Source: a virus
IMG/VR virus record: IMGVR_UViG_3300020811_000088
Span: 1-60,628 of that record
DNA: 60,628 bases
Direction: 5' to 3' (one strand)
The position numbers were made by a program, and so were the translations under genes. The notes beneath the pieces are model-generated. The model did not search any database and was not told the origin of the DNA. It saw only the letters and a program-made list of their open reading frames with translations. Below are positions 27,451 through 35,372 of this stretch, piece after piece. The first letter of the stretch is position 1. Each line of letters starts with the position of its first letter.

Positions 27451-27750
27451 TGGATTTCCCCTTCACATTCTGAGGAACAAGCATTGGGCGCAGTTGGCCT
27501 TCCAAATAGTTTGCCAAGCTCTGGCCGCCAACTCCGATAACGGTACACCACTGGTCATCATTAAGCGTGCCGATGATGTCTCGCACGGCCTTGTTGTAGC
27601 CGCCGTTGAACTCATCGTCACCTTCGATGATGATGGTGATGGCGTCACGCACCAGGCTGATGCCTTGCGCTCGCCGGCCGCAGCTTTGAGCTTCTTGTAA
27701 ATCTCCTCCGGCAAATGCACCGAGTAAGGGATTAAGCGTTTGCTTTCCAT
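27428..27750 (-). CDS. Ribbon-helix-helix (CopG/Arc-like) DNA-binding protein, split by a 1-nt deficit near 27663..27664
   Basis: MESKRLIPYSVHLPEEIYKKLKAAAGERK (ORF 27463..27750) continues in the other frame as GISLVRDAITIIIEGDDEF... (ORF 27428..27772). The remainder of each ORF is not protein-like. Confidence 0.55.
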
Positions 27751-28157
27751 GATCTGTATTCCTGTTGTACAAACTGCAGTTTCTTGACAGCCTGTTGGTT
27801 TTCTTTAAGCTCAGCGCGCGACTGGATGTCCAGCTCTTCCTTGAGCCACGCGATGACAGCGGATTCAGTCAGTTCAAAGATCTGCCCGAGGTCGAGCAGG
27901 TATTGAGCAAACTGAGGATCTCGACAAAGGATTCCTGCTGCGCGCACTGCGTCGCGGGAATACTCTGCGTCTCTGTTAATGGGTCTTTCTTCGCCGTTCA
28001 ATCTCACCATAACCACCTGATACCTTGCCCCAACAAAGTCACGAAGCAGCGCCTCGGGCACTTCGTCGGGGTGTACGTTAAGAGTCAGAATATAGCCAGT
28101 CTTGTCCTGCTTCATGGCTATCTTCACACCCTCAAACTGTAGCGTGGGAATGGTCAT
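27732..28157 (-). CDS. Hypothetical protein in the recombination module
   Basis: 141-aa ORF adjacent to ssb/erf. Confidence 0.5.
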   Translation of the reverse strand: MTIPTLQFEGVKIAMKQDKTGYILTLNVHPDEVPEALLRDFVGARYQVVMVRLNGEERPINRDAEYSRDAVRAAGILCRDPQFAQYLLDLGQIFELTESAVIAWLKEELDIQSRAELKENQQAVKKLQFVQQEYRSWKANA

Positions 28158-28159
28158 TT

Positions 28160-28543
28160 TCAGAAGGGTATATCTGAATCGTCAAAAGCATCTTGCTGCG
28201 GCTTGGGGCTGCGGCGCTCAAACTGAGGCTCAGAAGATTCCCGACGTCCGCCTTGCAGTGCGATGTCGTTCACGCGCACATCCATGGACTTGCGCTTGTT
28301 GCCTTCTTTGTCGGTCCACTCGCGCTCAGACACGGAGCCAGATACGGTAACAGCCTGGCCTTTGGTCAGGTACTGCGACAGAGATTCAGCGCGCTTGCCG
28401 TACAGCGAGCAGTTCCACCAGATAGTTCCCTTGTCCTTGCCCATGGAATCGGCAATTGAAAAGTTGGCAATGGTGTCGCCGTTGTTAAGCTGCTTCAGCT
28501 CGCAATCTTTGCCGAGCGAACCGGCTACTGTGATGTTGTTCAT
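28160..28543 (-). CDS. ssb: Single-stranded DNA-binding protein
   Basis: OB-fold pattern (NNITVAGSLGKDCEL...WWNCSLYGKRAE...VTVSG) and acidic tail DAFDDSDIPF. Confidence 0.85.
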   Translation of the reverse strand: MNNITVAGSLGKDCELKQLNNGDTIANFSIADSMGKDKGTIWWNCSLYGKRAESLSQYLTKGQAVTVSGSVSEREWTDKEGNKRKSMDVRVNDIALQGGRRESSEPQFERRSPKPQQDAFDDSDIPF

Positions 28544-29238
28544 TCTTCGTCCTTCTTGAATTTGTTTTTGGCCTTGGTAAACAGAGCCAGAATCTCCTCG
28601 TAAGCCGAGGCGCTTTCCTTGACCTTGTCAAAGATGTTCTTGTTGTTGCGGAAGATGGCCATCACATCTGCTTCGCTGCCGACGTTCTCAAGCGCAAGCT
28701 GTGTAACGTCTTGCACCAACGCAGTCCAGTCCTCAAAGCTACCTTCTGGTGTCATTGAAACCGTGAGCGACCATGGGCCTTCTTTGCCTTCAATGACCCT
28801 GGGTGCGGCCGGCGCCTTGGCGGGGGCGGCAGGCTTCGCTGCAGGCTTTGCAGGCTCAGCGCGGGGCTTGGATGCCGCTTGGCCATCATCGTCTTCAGGA
28901 GCGATACCGCAGGCTGCCTGGAGGCTATAGCGGCGCGCATAGGTCAATGCGCTGCCGTAGCCCTGGGCATCGTGCTTGGAGGCTGGAACGTGCAGCTTGC
29001 CGCCACTGATCTGCTCGCCGGATTCGTGGATGAAGATGGTCTCCACGATCACGCCGTCTTCGCAGGGATGGGTATGCTGCATGAGCATGATGCCGTTTGT
29101 ATTGAGGGCGTCAATGACTGCCTCGATACACGCATCCAGTGCCGCATACCGGTTACGGAAGTGCGGGTTGGTTGACGTCTTGAGCGCTGGGCCGAACTCT
29201 CTTTGAGCACGGACCAGAGCTGCGGATATTTCTTTCAT
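28540..29238 (-). CDS. erf: ERF-family single-strand annealing recombinase
   Basis: NPHFRNRYAALDACIEAV..., HESGEQ, QGYGSALTYARRYSLQAACGIAPEDDDG. Confidence 0.8.
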   Translation of the reverse strand: MKEISAALVRAQREFGPALKTSTNPHFRNRYAALDACIEAVIDALNTNGIMLMQHTHPCEDGVIVETIFIHESGEQISGGKLHVPASKHDAQGYGSALTYARRYSLQAACGIAPEDDDGQAASKPRAEPAKPAAKPAAPAKAPAAPRVIEGKEGPWSLTVSMTPEGSFEDWTALVQDVTQLALENVGSEADVMAIFRNNKNIFDKVKESASAYEEILALFTKAKNKFKKDEE

Positions 29239-29432
29239 TGGAGACCTTTGCGTTGAGCTTTGTTATCGGGATGAAGAAGCCACTTGTCACCCAAATATTC
29301 AATGGATGCGCGCAGCTTTTCCTCGTTGCGTCGTTGAAGGAAGTCGATCAACTCCGGCGTGATTGGACCATGCAATGGGTCCGCACTGATGGGGTTGATT
29401 TCAAAATCCATGAAGTGTTCTTTGAGTCTCAT
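29235..29432 (-). CDS. Hypothetical small protein (start choice uncertain; ORF extends to 29507)
   Basis: MRLKEHFMDFEINPISADPL...; the upstream part of the ORF is occupied by the TM-protein gene in another frame. Confidence 0.4.
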   Translation of the reverse strand: MRLKEHFMDFEINPISADPLHGPITPELIDFLQRRNEEKLRASIEYLGDKWLLHPDNKAQRKGLQ

Positions 29433-29442
29433 AAGTAGCCTT

Positions 29443-29622
29443 TTAAAATGCGCCAAACCAAACGCCTGTGCCATGGATGCACCCCACTGGAAATACAAAT
29501 GCGCCAACCAGCAACAGCATGTACTTGGCCTGCTGAATGCAGACCACGATGTGCGTGAGCCATGACAGGGCCACCCACGCGATGAGCGCTATGGCAATCA
29601 AGCCGGATGAGTCATCTTTCAT
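29443..29622 (-). CDS. Small 2-TM membrane protein (59 aa, below the ORF-track cutoff)
   Basis: Hand translation: MKDDSSGLIAIALIAWVALSWLTHIVVCIQQAKYMLLLVGAFVFPVGCIHGTGVWFGAF*; ATGA overlap with the upstream stop at 29619. Confidence 0.5.
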   Translation of the reverse strand: MKDDSSGLIAIALIAWVALSWLTHIVVCIQQAKYMLLLVGAFVFPVGCIHGTGVWFGAF

Positions 29623-29831
29623 ACGAGCTCCATTTGGTTTGCTGCGGTGATTGAAGAATTCTCAATCTTGACGCCTGCATTTAAGCCGTCCACCAGCTCG
29701 TCTTGAGTTGCGACGTGCGCCTCAAAATCCTGCTTGGCTGCGTGAGCAATAGCCTGGGAGACGACGGCCGCCTTGATTAGACGGGATGCGCCGGTAGTTT
29801 TGTTTGTGACGAGGTAGATACGTTGAGCCAT
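29619..29831 (-). CDS. Hypothetical small protein
   Basis: AAGGA RBS; 70 aa. Confidence 0.5.
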   Translation of the reverse strand: MAQRIYLVTNKTTGASRLIKAAVVSQAIAHAAKQDFEAHVATQDELVDGLNAGVKIENSSITAANQMELV

Positions 29832-29840
29832 GGTTGTTCC

Positions 29841-30107
29841 TTAGTTGGCGGTTTGAGTGATTGCTGCTGCAGCTTGTGCTGCTCTTTTCTTGTCGTAGTA
29901 CTTCTTCGCATAGGCGCGGCGCTTGGCGCGTTGCTGCTCCGTGGTGTACTTCTTCCGTGGCTTGCGTAGCTTCAGTCCTGCTGGATCAGACGCCATGGTA
30001 TTGGCGTCATGCAGCGCATTCAGGCTGCGGACCAGTTGCTCAACGCGGCCCTCCAGAACAGTTACGCGAAGGGTGAGGCTGAGTTTTTCTTTGCTTGAGA
30101 TGAACAT
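29841..30107 (-). CDS. Hypothetical basic coiled-coil protein
   Basis: AGGAG RBS; 88 aa. Confidence 0.5.
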   Translation of the reverse strand: MFISSKEKLSLTLRVTVLEGRVEQLVRSLNALHDANTMASDPAGLKLRKPRKKYTTEQQRAKRRAYAKKYYDKKRAAQAAAAITQTAN

Positions 30108-30117
30108 GATTTGCTCC

Positions 30118-30920
30118 TTATTTCAAATGGATAAATGGGGTGGCATTGCCTGACATGGTGGTTGGCAAATGGCCATCCCACTTCTCGACTGCCTTGAGGT
30201 CGATGTACTGCTGGCCGCCTTGTGCTGACACGGCAGAGGCTTTAATGCGAACGGCATCGGCGACACCCTGCGCTTCAACTCGCATGCGATCTGCTTCAGC
30301 CTTTGCAAGTTCGACTTCTTTTTGCTTGGCGTTGATTTGGAATTGTCGGTTGGCGGCTTCCATGATTGCCTTCTCAAGTGCGGGGTCTGTGACCAAGTTA
30401 CGCACGTTGGCAGAGCGCACGAAAAACCAGCCTTTGCCTGCCGAATCATCAAGATCTTTTTGCAAGTTTTTCACGATGTCTGCGGCGATCGAAGTGCGCT
30501 CAGTGTGAACCGTGGCAGAGCCGTACTTGGTGACCGTGTTGTAGATGTTCTCACGGGCCTGACGGGTGACGTAGTTCATGCCGATGCGGTTGCCATCTTC
30601 TCCGCTCACGTGCATCACATCGCCAGGCCAGCGAGTCATGATGTCAGCAGCCTTGCTTGGGTCGATCTGGATGTAGATGTCCACGTCCATGTCGGCCAGT
30701 GTGATCTTGTCGCTGGTCTGGGGCTTCATGTCGTCAAACGACAGGCGAAGCTCTTTCGCAGACACTTCGGTCACGCGCTTGAACATGGTGAAGTACACAC
30801 CGGGCGGCATGGTCTCGTGCTTGACTTGGCCAAGGGTTGATTCCACGCCGATGTTGCCTGTGTCGATCTGCGAACAAGCGGTCAGCCACATAGCGGCCAT
30901 GATGGTAAAAAGTTTTTCAT
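30118..30920 (-). CDS. SPFH/Band-7 (stomatin/HflC-like) lipoprotein. The natural start at 30920 is out of frame by 1 nt (T5 run 30913..30917 on the + strand)
   Basis: AGGA-N7-ATG at 30920. With A6 it reads MKKLFTIMAAMWLTAC|SQ (lipobox LTAC). The body has an SPFH core plus a coiled coil (QINAKQKEVELAKAEADRMRVEAQG). The ORF track shows it as 30118..30981. Confidence 0.65.
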
Positions 30921-30929
30921 GATGATTCC

Positions 30930-31121
30930 TTAAAAGATTTTTCCTGAGCCAAAGGTAGCCTGGGTCATGAAGATGATCCAAACCAAAACGATCAGCGCAA
31001 GAACTTTGAATAGGTGAGTGCCTCGGAACTTGCGAGCTGAAACCTTGGCCTCTTCTGGCAAGTAGAACCAGCCAAAGTAGCCGACAAATACCAGCAGCGT
31101 GAGAAGGGCAAGGTGTTTCAC
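30930..31121 (-). CDS. Small 2-TM membrane protein upstream of the SPFH gene
   Basis: MKHLALLTLLVFVGYFGWFYL ... LFKVLALIVLVWIIFM. Confidence 0.55.
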   Translation of the reverse strand: MKHLALLTLLVFVGYFGWFYLPEEAKVSARKFRGTHLFKVLALIVLVWIIFMTQATFGSGKIF

Positions 31122-31123
31122 GC

Positions 31124-31429
31124 TTACTCCTTGACGAATACGCCGTTGGTTAAAAGAGTGCCTTTGCGATCTTGGATTTCGCGGTAGGCTGATTCCATGC
31201 AGCTCACAAGATTGATGTCTTGTAAGGCGCAGTAGTTGATGAGGCAGACCATTACGTCGCCAACACCATCCTTGATGTTCTCCAGGTCATCTTTGATGGT
31301 GGCGTCTGCCAATTCACCCAGCTCGCTCATGGCTTTGAGAAGTTGAGTTGATGGCGTGCTGTTGGGAATAATCTTGCGAGCTTCCGCCCATTGGATTATT
31401 TTCATTTCTATGTCTGAATAACCGCTCAT
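31124..31429 (-). CDS. mazG: MazG-like nucleoside triphosphate pyrophosphohydrolase
   Basis: LLKAMSELGELADA, DGVGDVMVCLINYCA, AYREIQDRKGTLLTNGVFVKE. Confidence 0.8.
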   Translation of the reverse strand: MSGYSDIEMKIIQWAEARKIIPNSTPSTQLLKAMSELGELADATIKDDLENIKDGVGDVMVCLINYCALQDINLVSCMESAYREIQDRKGTLLTNGVFVKE

Positions 31430-32301
31430 GGTGTTTCCTTAGTTGAAAGGTATTTTTGGTATTGGTCACAGTTCTGGTTGACCTGACAAAAGCCAGAGCA
31501 ACGAGTCCTGTCACCCTCTCGCACTTCGATGAAGTACCCGGTTGAAGGCAGTGCCACTTCGGCCTCTGCCTTGTTGGTGTGAACGCTCTTGGCTCGCTTG
31601 CCGCCTTCCTTCATCACCGCATACATCGTGGGCTTTTCCCACATCTCTTCTGCTGAGCACTCTGGCATTCCCTGGCCTGTGTGAGAGGCAAAGAATGCGT
31701 CGTTGTGCAAAGTCAAACGCTTGGCCACATAGATGTCACGATCGGCGTATGACCACAGCGGTATATCAATCACTGTTACTGGAGCCTTGGGGTAACCATC
31801 GCGTGTGGCTGCATCACGGCGGGACCAATCGCGGATGATGGCCACGATCTGCAGGGCTTTGACCTTTTGCTTCTTGACGCGCTCGATAAGCCAGCCGTAC
31901 ATGTTGAGCTGGTAGTGCCAATCCGACTTCTCGTTCATCACAGCCCAGGCACTCGTGACCTTGTAGTCGCTGATGACGATGCCGTCTTCATAGACTTCCT
32001 GCAAGTCAATCGCGCCACTGATCTTCCAGCCCATGTACTCGGTATGGATGCGCTCCTCCACGATGTGGTGGTCATCCTTGCCGTGCTGCAATACTTCGTG
32101 AACGGCCGATCCAAAGAGGGACCAGACCATGTCTGCTGCGTCTTCTTCCAGCTCGTCCCAGTGCTTGCGCTTGAGCTGCACGATGCGTGGGCTGTTTAGT
32201 ATCTCTGTCGCGCTGATCTGTGCGTCACCCTTGGTGTAGGTGGGACGCGAGATCGCGTTGACAAAGGTGTCGGGTAGTCCAAGGTTGTTGGTCAGTTTCA
32301 T
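31426..32301 (-). CDS. PD-(D/E)XK exonuclease, Cas4/AddB-like with C-terminal Cys cluster
   Basis: GAIDLQ...ISDYKVT (D...DxK), QLNMYGWL (QxxxY), PEC...CSGFCQVNQNC. Confidence 0.65.
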   Translation of the reverse strand: MKLTNNLGLPDTFVNAISRPTYTKGDAQISATEILNSPRIVQLKRKHWDELEEDAADMVWSLFGSAVHEVLQHGKDDHHIVEERIHTEYMGWKISGAIDLQEVYEDGIVISDYKVTSAWAVMNEKSDWHYQLNMYGWLIERVKKQKVKALQIVAIIRDWSRRDAATRDGYPKAPVTVIDIPLWSYADRDIYVAKRLTLHNDAFFASHTGQGMPECSAEEMWEKPTMYAVMKEGGKRAKSVHTNKAEAEVALPSTGYFIEVREGDRTRCSGFCQVNQNCDQYQKYLSTKETP

Positions 32302-32567
32302 TGGATTGGCCCCGATACTTCAAAGAATTCATCCGCCAACTCGTAGCATCCAGACATAAGGCCAACTGCATCTTTGAAATCAATTTTATGCAGGGCGCAC
32401 ATGGCTGAAAACACAATGCCGGCGGCAATAATCTTTTGCTGGGCGCTTTCCTCTTGTGCATACAACAATTCAGCCACCTGCGCAGCCAAGATCCTGGCTC
32501 TCGTGATGTCGTGCTTGGCTGTTTTCACTTCTTCTTTCGTGAATTTCTCATCTGCTTGTGTTTCCAT
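32298..32567 (-). CDS. Hypothetical protein
   Basis: AGGA RBS before METQADEKF; the upstream part of ORF 32298..32714 overlaps rtcB and is Arg-rich junk. Confidence 0.5.
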   Translation of the reverse strand: METQADEKFTKEEVKTAKHDITRARILAAQVAELLYAQEESAQQKIIAAGIVFSAMCALHKIDFKDAVGLMSGCYELADEFFEVSGPIQ

Positions 32568-32578
32568 GGTGGTTCCTT

Positions 32579-33769
32579 TTAATTGCCTTTGATGCAAAGG
32601 ACTTGTTTGAGGGTGTGCATCACTTCTACGAGATCTGTTTGGTTGGCCATCACTTGGTCGATGTCTTTGTAGGACGCTGGGATTTCGTCGATGACGCCTT
32701 CGTCTTTGCGGCACTCTACGCCTTCGGTTTGGGCGATAAGGTCGGTGAGAGTAAAACGACGTTTAGCTTCGGCACGCGACATAACACGTCCAGCTCCATG
32801 GGAGCACGAACAGTAGGATTGAAGGTCACCTTTTCCCCGAACAATGTAACTGCGTTGACCCATACTTCCTGGGATGATTCCGAGGTCACCTTCACGCGCA
32901 CGGATCGCACCCTTTCGAGTAACCCACATGTTTCGTCCAAAGTGATGTTCTTTTTCAACATAGTTGTGGTGGCAGTTGATTGCTTCCTGTGTGATGGTGA
33001 ACTCGATTGGCACTTCTTTGCGCATGGCCTCGATGACTTGGATCATCATGCGGCGGCGGTTCTCAAGCGCATAGTTCTGCGCCCAGCCCACTGCTGCCAT
33101 GTAGTCGTCGAAGTCTTCGGCGTCCTCTGGAAAGTACGCGAGGTTGTCGTCAGGCAGCGTGATGAAGAACTGCTCCATCTGGCGCTTGGCCTTGGCGATG
33201 TAGTGCGTCCCAATCATGTTGCCGATACCGCGTGAGCCCGAGTGCAGCATGATCCATACGTCCTGGTTCTCGTCAATGCAGATCTCAATGAAGTGATTGC
33301 CAGACCCGAGCGATCCCATCTGGCTTGCGGCCTTCGCATGAAACTTGTCGTAGTCGCCGTTGTACAGCGGGTGAATAACTGTCTTGTACAGCAAGCCGTT
33401 CACCTCACCAATGTCGGTGCTGTCATCATGCGCGCCACCAACACCCAGGGGCACGCGCTTCTCGATCTCGTCGCGCAGAGGCTTTAGGTTGTCTGGCAGG
33501 TCGGACGCCTTGAGTGACAGGCGCACAGCGTTCATGCCGCAGCCAATGTCCACCCCTACCGCGGCAGGGATGACGGCCTTCTCGGTGGCAATGACGGTGC
33601 CCACGGTCGATCCGATGCCAGCGTGTACATCAGGCATGCAGGCCACGCCATTGCTGTTGATGAAAGGTAGGCGTGAAAGGTTCTTTAGCTGGGTCAGTGC
33701 GGATGCTTCCACTTCGTCTGTCCAGATCTTGATTGGACGTGCACCCTCTTCTTGGATGACTTGTTTCAT
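32579..33769 (-). CDS. rtcB: RtcB 3'-phosphate/5'-hydroxyl RNA ligase
   Basis: MPDVHAGIGSTVG, DIGCGMNA, GSGNHFIEI, HSGSRGIGN, CHHNY, TRKGAIRA, IPGSMG, SCSHGAGR; 396 aa. Confidence 0.9.
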   Translation of the reverse strand: MKQVIQEEGARPIKIWTDEVEASALTQLKNLSRLPFINSNGVACMPDVHAGIGSTVGTVIATEKAVIPAAVGVDIGCGMNAVRLSLKASDLPDNLKPLRDEIEKRVPLGVGGAHDDSTDIGEVNGLLYKTVIHPLYNGDYDKFHAKAASQMGSLGSGNHFIEICIDENQDVWIMLHSGSRGIGNMIGTHYIAKAKRQMEQFFITLPDDNLAYFPEDAEDFDDYMAAVGWAQNYALENRRRMMIQVIEAMRKEVPIEFTITQEAINCHHNYVEKEHHFGRNMWVTRKGAIRAREGDLGIIPGSMGQRSYIVRGKGDLQSYCSCSHGAGRVMSRAEAKRRFTLTDLIAQTEGVECRKDEGVIDEIPASYKDIDQVMANQTDLVEVMHTLKQVLCIKGN

Positions 33770-33874
33770 GGTTACTCCTATGTGTTAGGTGAGGCTCGAT
33801 TCTACCTGATATGTCAGCTTCGTCAACACCCGATAGAATATGTTTTGCAAATTATTTTCTAAGGACAAACCCTT

Positions 33875-34159
33875 ATGCGAGTTGCAGCACGACGAGACGC
33901 GAATGAGGATCAGGTAATGAGTGCGCTGCGTGCGTGCGGCGCCTTTGTCAAGCAGATCAATGACGGCGGTACGTTCGATTTATTGGTGTGGTACAGAGGG
34001 CACACGCTGCTGCTGGAGGTGAAGGATGGCCGTAAGCCTCCGTCAGCGCGCGAGCTGTCGCCGGCGGAGCAGAAGTTCCATGATGCGTGGCCTGGAACCA
34101 ACTTGCATATCGTGCTCAGTCCGGAAGATGCGCTTGAGCTGCTGAAAAGATATGGCTAG
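33875..34159 (+). CDS. VRR-NUC-like PD-(D/E)XK nuclease
   Basis: GTFDLLVWYRGHTLLLEVKDGRKPPSARELSPAEQKFHDAW...HIVLSPEDALELL. Confidence 0.55.
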   Translation: MRVAARRDANEDQVMSALRACGAFVKQINDGGTFDLLVWYRGHTLLLEVKDGRKPPSARELSPAEQKFHDAWPGTNLHIVLSPEDALELLKRYG

Positions 34160-34201
34160 AATGGGGCCGTGTTTCATGGTTGGTTCTCCGAGGGAACTTT
34201 A

Positions 34202-34229
34202 GTGGCTCCGTAACTGGGGCCACTTTTTT
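34202..34229 (+). terminator. Rho-independent terminator
   Basis: GTGGCTCC-gtaact-GGGGCCAC (one G-U pair) followed by TTTTTT. Confidence 0.75.
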
Positions 34230-34395
34230 CACCAAGACGCATGGGGATTGGTGGCATGGTCGTACAGAGCCAAAAACGATTTAATGCGAATCGTGCCAGT
34301 CCTCAGCCGTGTTGGTGGTGTTACGGGTTAGCGCCGTAGCAGAATTCTGAATGAAAAGAACACTGCTTTATGTGGGCCACCAACAGCCTGTTAAG

Positions 34396-34424
34396 TTTAC
34401 AACCCTGATTTTTGGGTTTACAAT
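34396..34424 (+). promoter_or_regulatory. Sigma70-type promoter for the tRNA genes
   Basis: TTTACA (34396..34401), 17-nt spacer, TACAAT (34419..34424); shares the downstream TCCGC with the promoter at 34787. Confidence 0.55.
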
Positions 34425-34469
34425 CCGCGCATCATGAAATCCCAAGCCCTTAACCCCCGACCGACTAAG

Positions 34470-34545
34470 CAGTGTGTAGCTCAGTTGGTAGAGCGCGTGC
34501 TTTGGGAGCATGAGGTCGCAGGTTCGATCCCTGTCACACTGACCA
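34470..34545 (+). tRNA. tRNA-Pro (anticodon TGG), CCA encoded
   Basis: Cloverleaf built by hand: acceptor CAGTGTG/CACACTG, D arm GCTC-AGTTGGTA-GAGC, anticodon arm CGTGC-TTTGGGA-GCATG, T arm GCAGG-TTCGATC-CCTGT, A73, CCA. Confidence 0.85.
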
Positions 34546-34664
34546 ATTCCCGATATTGATCCCCTCGCACAAGGGGGCAGTATTTTGCTAAGGACGCAAA
34601 GCGGTCTGTAAAACCGATGCCGATGCGCTGGCCAGGATCGTTACCTGGATGTCCCACCAAACAT

Positions 34665-34740
34665 TCCCTGATAGCTCAGTCGGTAGAGCGCCGGACTGTT
34701 AATCCGTAGGTCCCTGGTTCGAGCCCAGGTCGGGGAGCCA
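34665..34740 (+). tRNA. tRNA-Asn (anticodon GTT), CCA encoded
   Basis: Acceptor TCCCTGA/TCGGGGA (one G-U pair), D arm GCTC-AGTCGGTA-GAGC, anticodon loop CTGTTAA, T arm CCTGG-TTCGAGC-CCAGG, G73, CCA. Confidence 0.85.
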
Positions 34741-34741
34741 A

Positions 34742-34762
34742 AAGCGACATCATGTCGTTTTT
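34742..34762 (+). terminator. Weak hairpin plus T5 after tRNA-Asn
   Basis: AAGCGACA-tca-TGTCGTTT followed by a T run. Confidence 0.4.
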
Positions 34763-34786
34763 CAAATTGATACGTGTTGAAATGTG

Positions 34787-34817
34787 TTGACACGACCCGG
34801 AAATTTGTGGTTATAAT
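34787..34817 (+). promoter_or_regulatory. Near-consensus sigma70 promoter firing into the non-coding locus
   Basis: TTGACA (34787..34792), 19-nt spacer (long), TATAAT (34812..34817); preceded by GTGTTGA direct repeats 10 bp apart (34774, 34784). Confidence 0.5.
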
Positions 34818-34823
34818 CCGCCC

Positions 34824-34944
34824 AGCTAGGTGTGAGAGCCAATGCGAATGAGCCGTTAAGCCTGATCCCGACCCCGTATGGGGTAGTCAAAGTCACAAAC
34901 TTTGATTCTCTCACCGGGGTCAGACTTAACGGCTTTTTTGTTTT
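34824..34944 (+). ncRNA. Candidate ~120-nt structured RNA (three-way junction closed by a 19-bp stem, with intrinsic terminator)
   Basis: 34852..34870 pairs with 34915..33 (one G-U pair, one C-A mismatch). Inner hairpins ACCCC-gtat-GGGGT (34871..84) and CAAAGT-cacaa-ACTTTG (34888..904). Followed by TTTTTTGTTTT. Confidence 0.45.
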
Positions 34945-34945
34945 C

Positions 34946-35084
34946 AAAATACTTGATGATGGTGCGGCGTGGAAGGACACGCAAACCCCAAAAGTCTTGC
35001 CCGAATGTGCCTACGGGTCGAATCACGGACGGAACCGTGGCCGGACAGCCGGAATCAATCCCGGTCACCATCATCAAGTATTTT
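34946..35084 (+). ncRNA. Candidate ~140-nt structured RNA (or MITE-like element) closed by a perfect 19-bp stem
   Basis: 34946..34964 (AAAATACTTGATGATGGTG) is the exact reverse complement of 35066..35084. The interior has GCGTG-gaagga-CACGC (34967..82), GCCCG...CGGGT and CACGG-acggaa-CCGTG hairpins. Confidence 0.45.
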
Positions 35085-35372
35085 TCTCTCACCATCCCAG
35101 CCGTTCTCCTCACGTTAGCACTGGGCCTGCATGGGCCGCGAGGAAGAAAACACCGGCCCTGGTACACCCCCAGATTAAAAGCCGTCCAGCCTGTCAGCGA
35201 GGGACTGGGGAAGATAGAGCGGCAAGCGGTGAAGACAAACGCCCTATCGACGAATCGCTGCCTTATGGGTTTGCTAGGAGAGCACTGTGTGTGCCCTCTG
35301 GGCAGGGAGTGAACAGCCGTGGCTATCACCCTTGGGGGCCGCTGCGCCAAAAATTTTTGCTGAAACGGAAAT
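35085..35372 (+). ncRNA. Remaining ~290 nt of the non-coding locus (structured, function unknown)
   Basis: No SD-led ORF; hairpins include GGGCCG-15 nt-CGGCCC (35133..59) and TGCCC-tct-GGGCA (35292..304). Confidence 0.3.

Noticed and set aside
34574-34659. Possible third tRNA (Tyr-like) between tRNA-Pro and tRNA-Asn. It has a loop CTGTAAA (anticodon GTA) on a 4-bp stem, a TTTGC-TAAGGAC-GCAAA D-like hairpin, a CCAGG-ATCGTTA-CCTGG T-like hairpin and a 3' ATGTCCC-A-CCA.
   Set aside because: I could not build a legal cloverleaf. The T-loop is non-canonical (ATCGTTA instead of TTCRANY). Four nucleotides rather than two separate the acceptor and D stems. The acceptor has a mismatch and a G-U pair, and the variable region does not form a clean arm. 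The 5' G-run is also part of a terminator-like hairpin (CCCCT-cgcaca-AGGGG followed by T-rich sequence). It is worth a tRNAscan-SE/ARAGORN run, but it is not supportable by hand.
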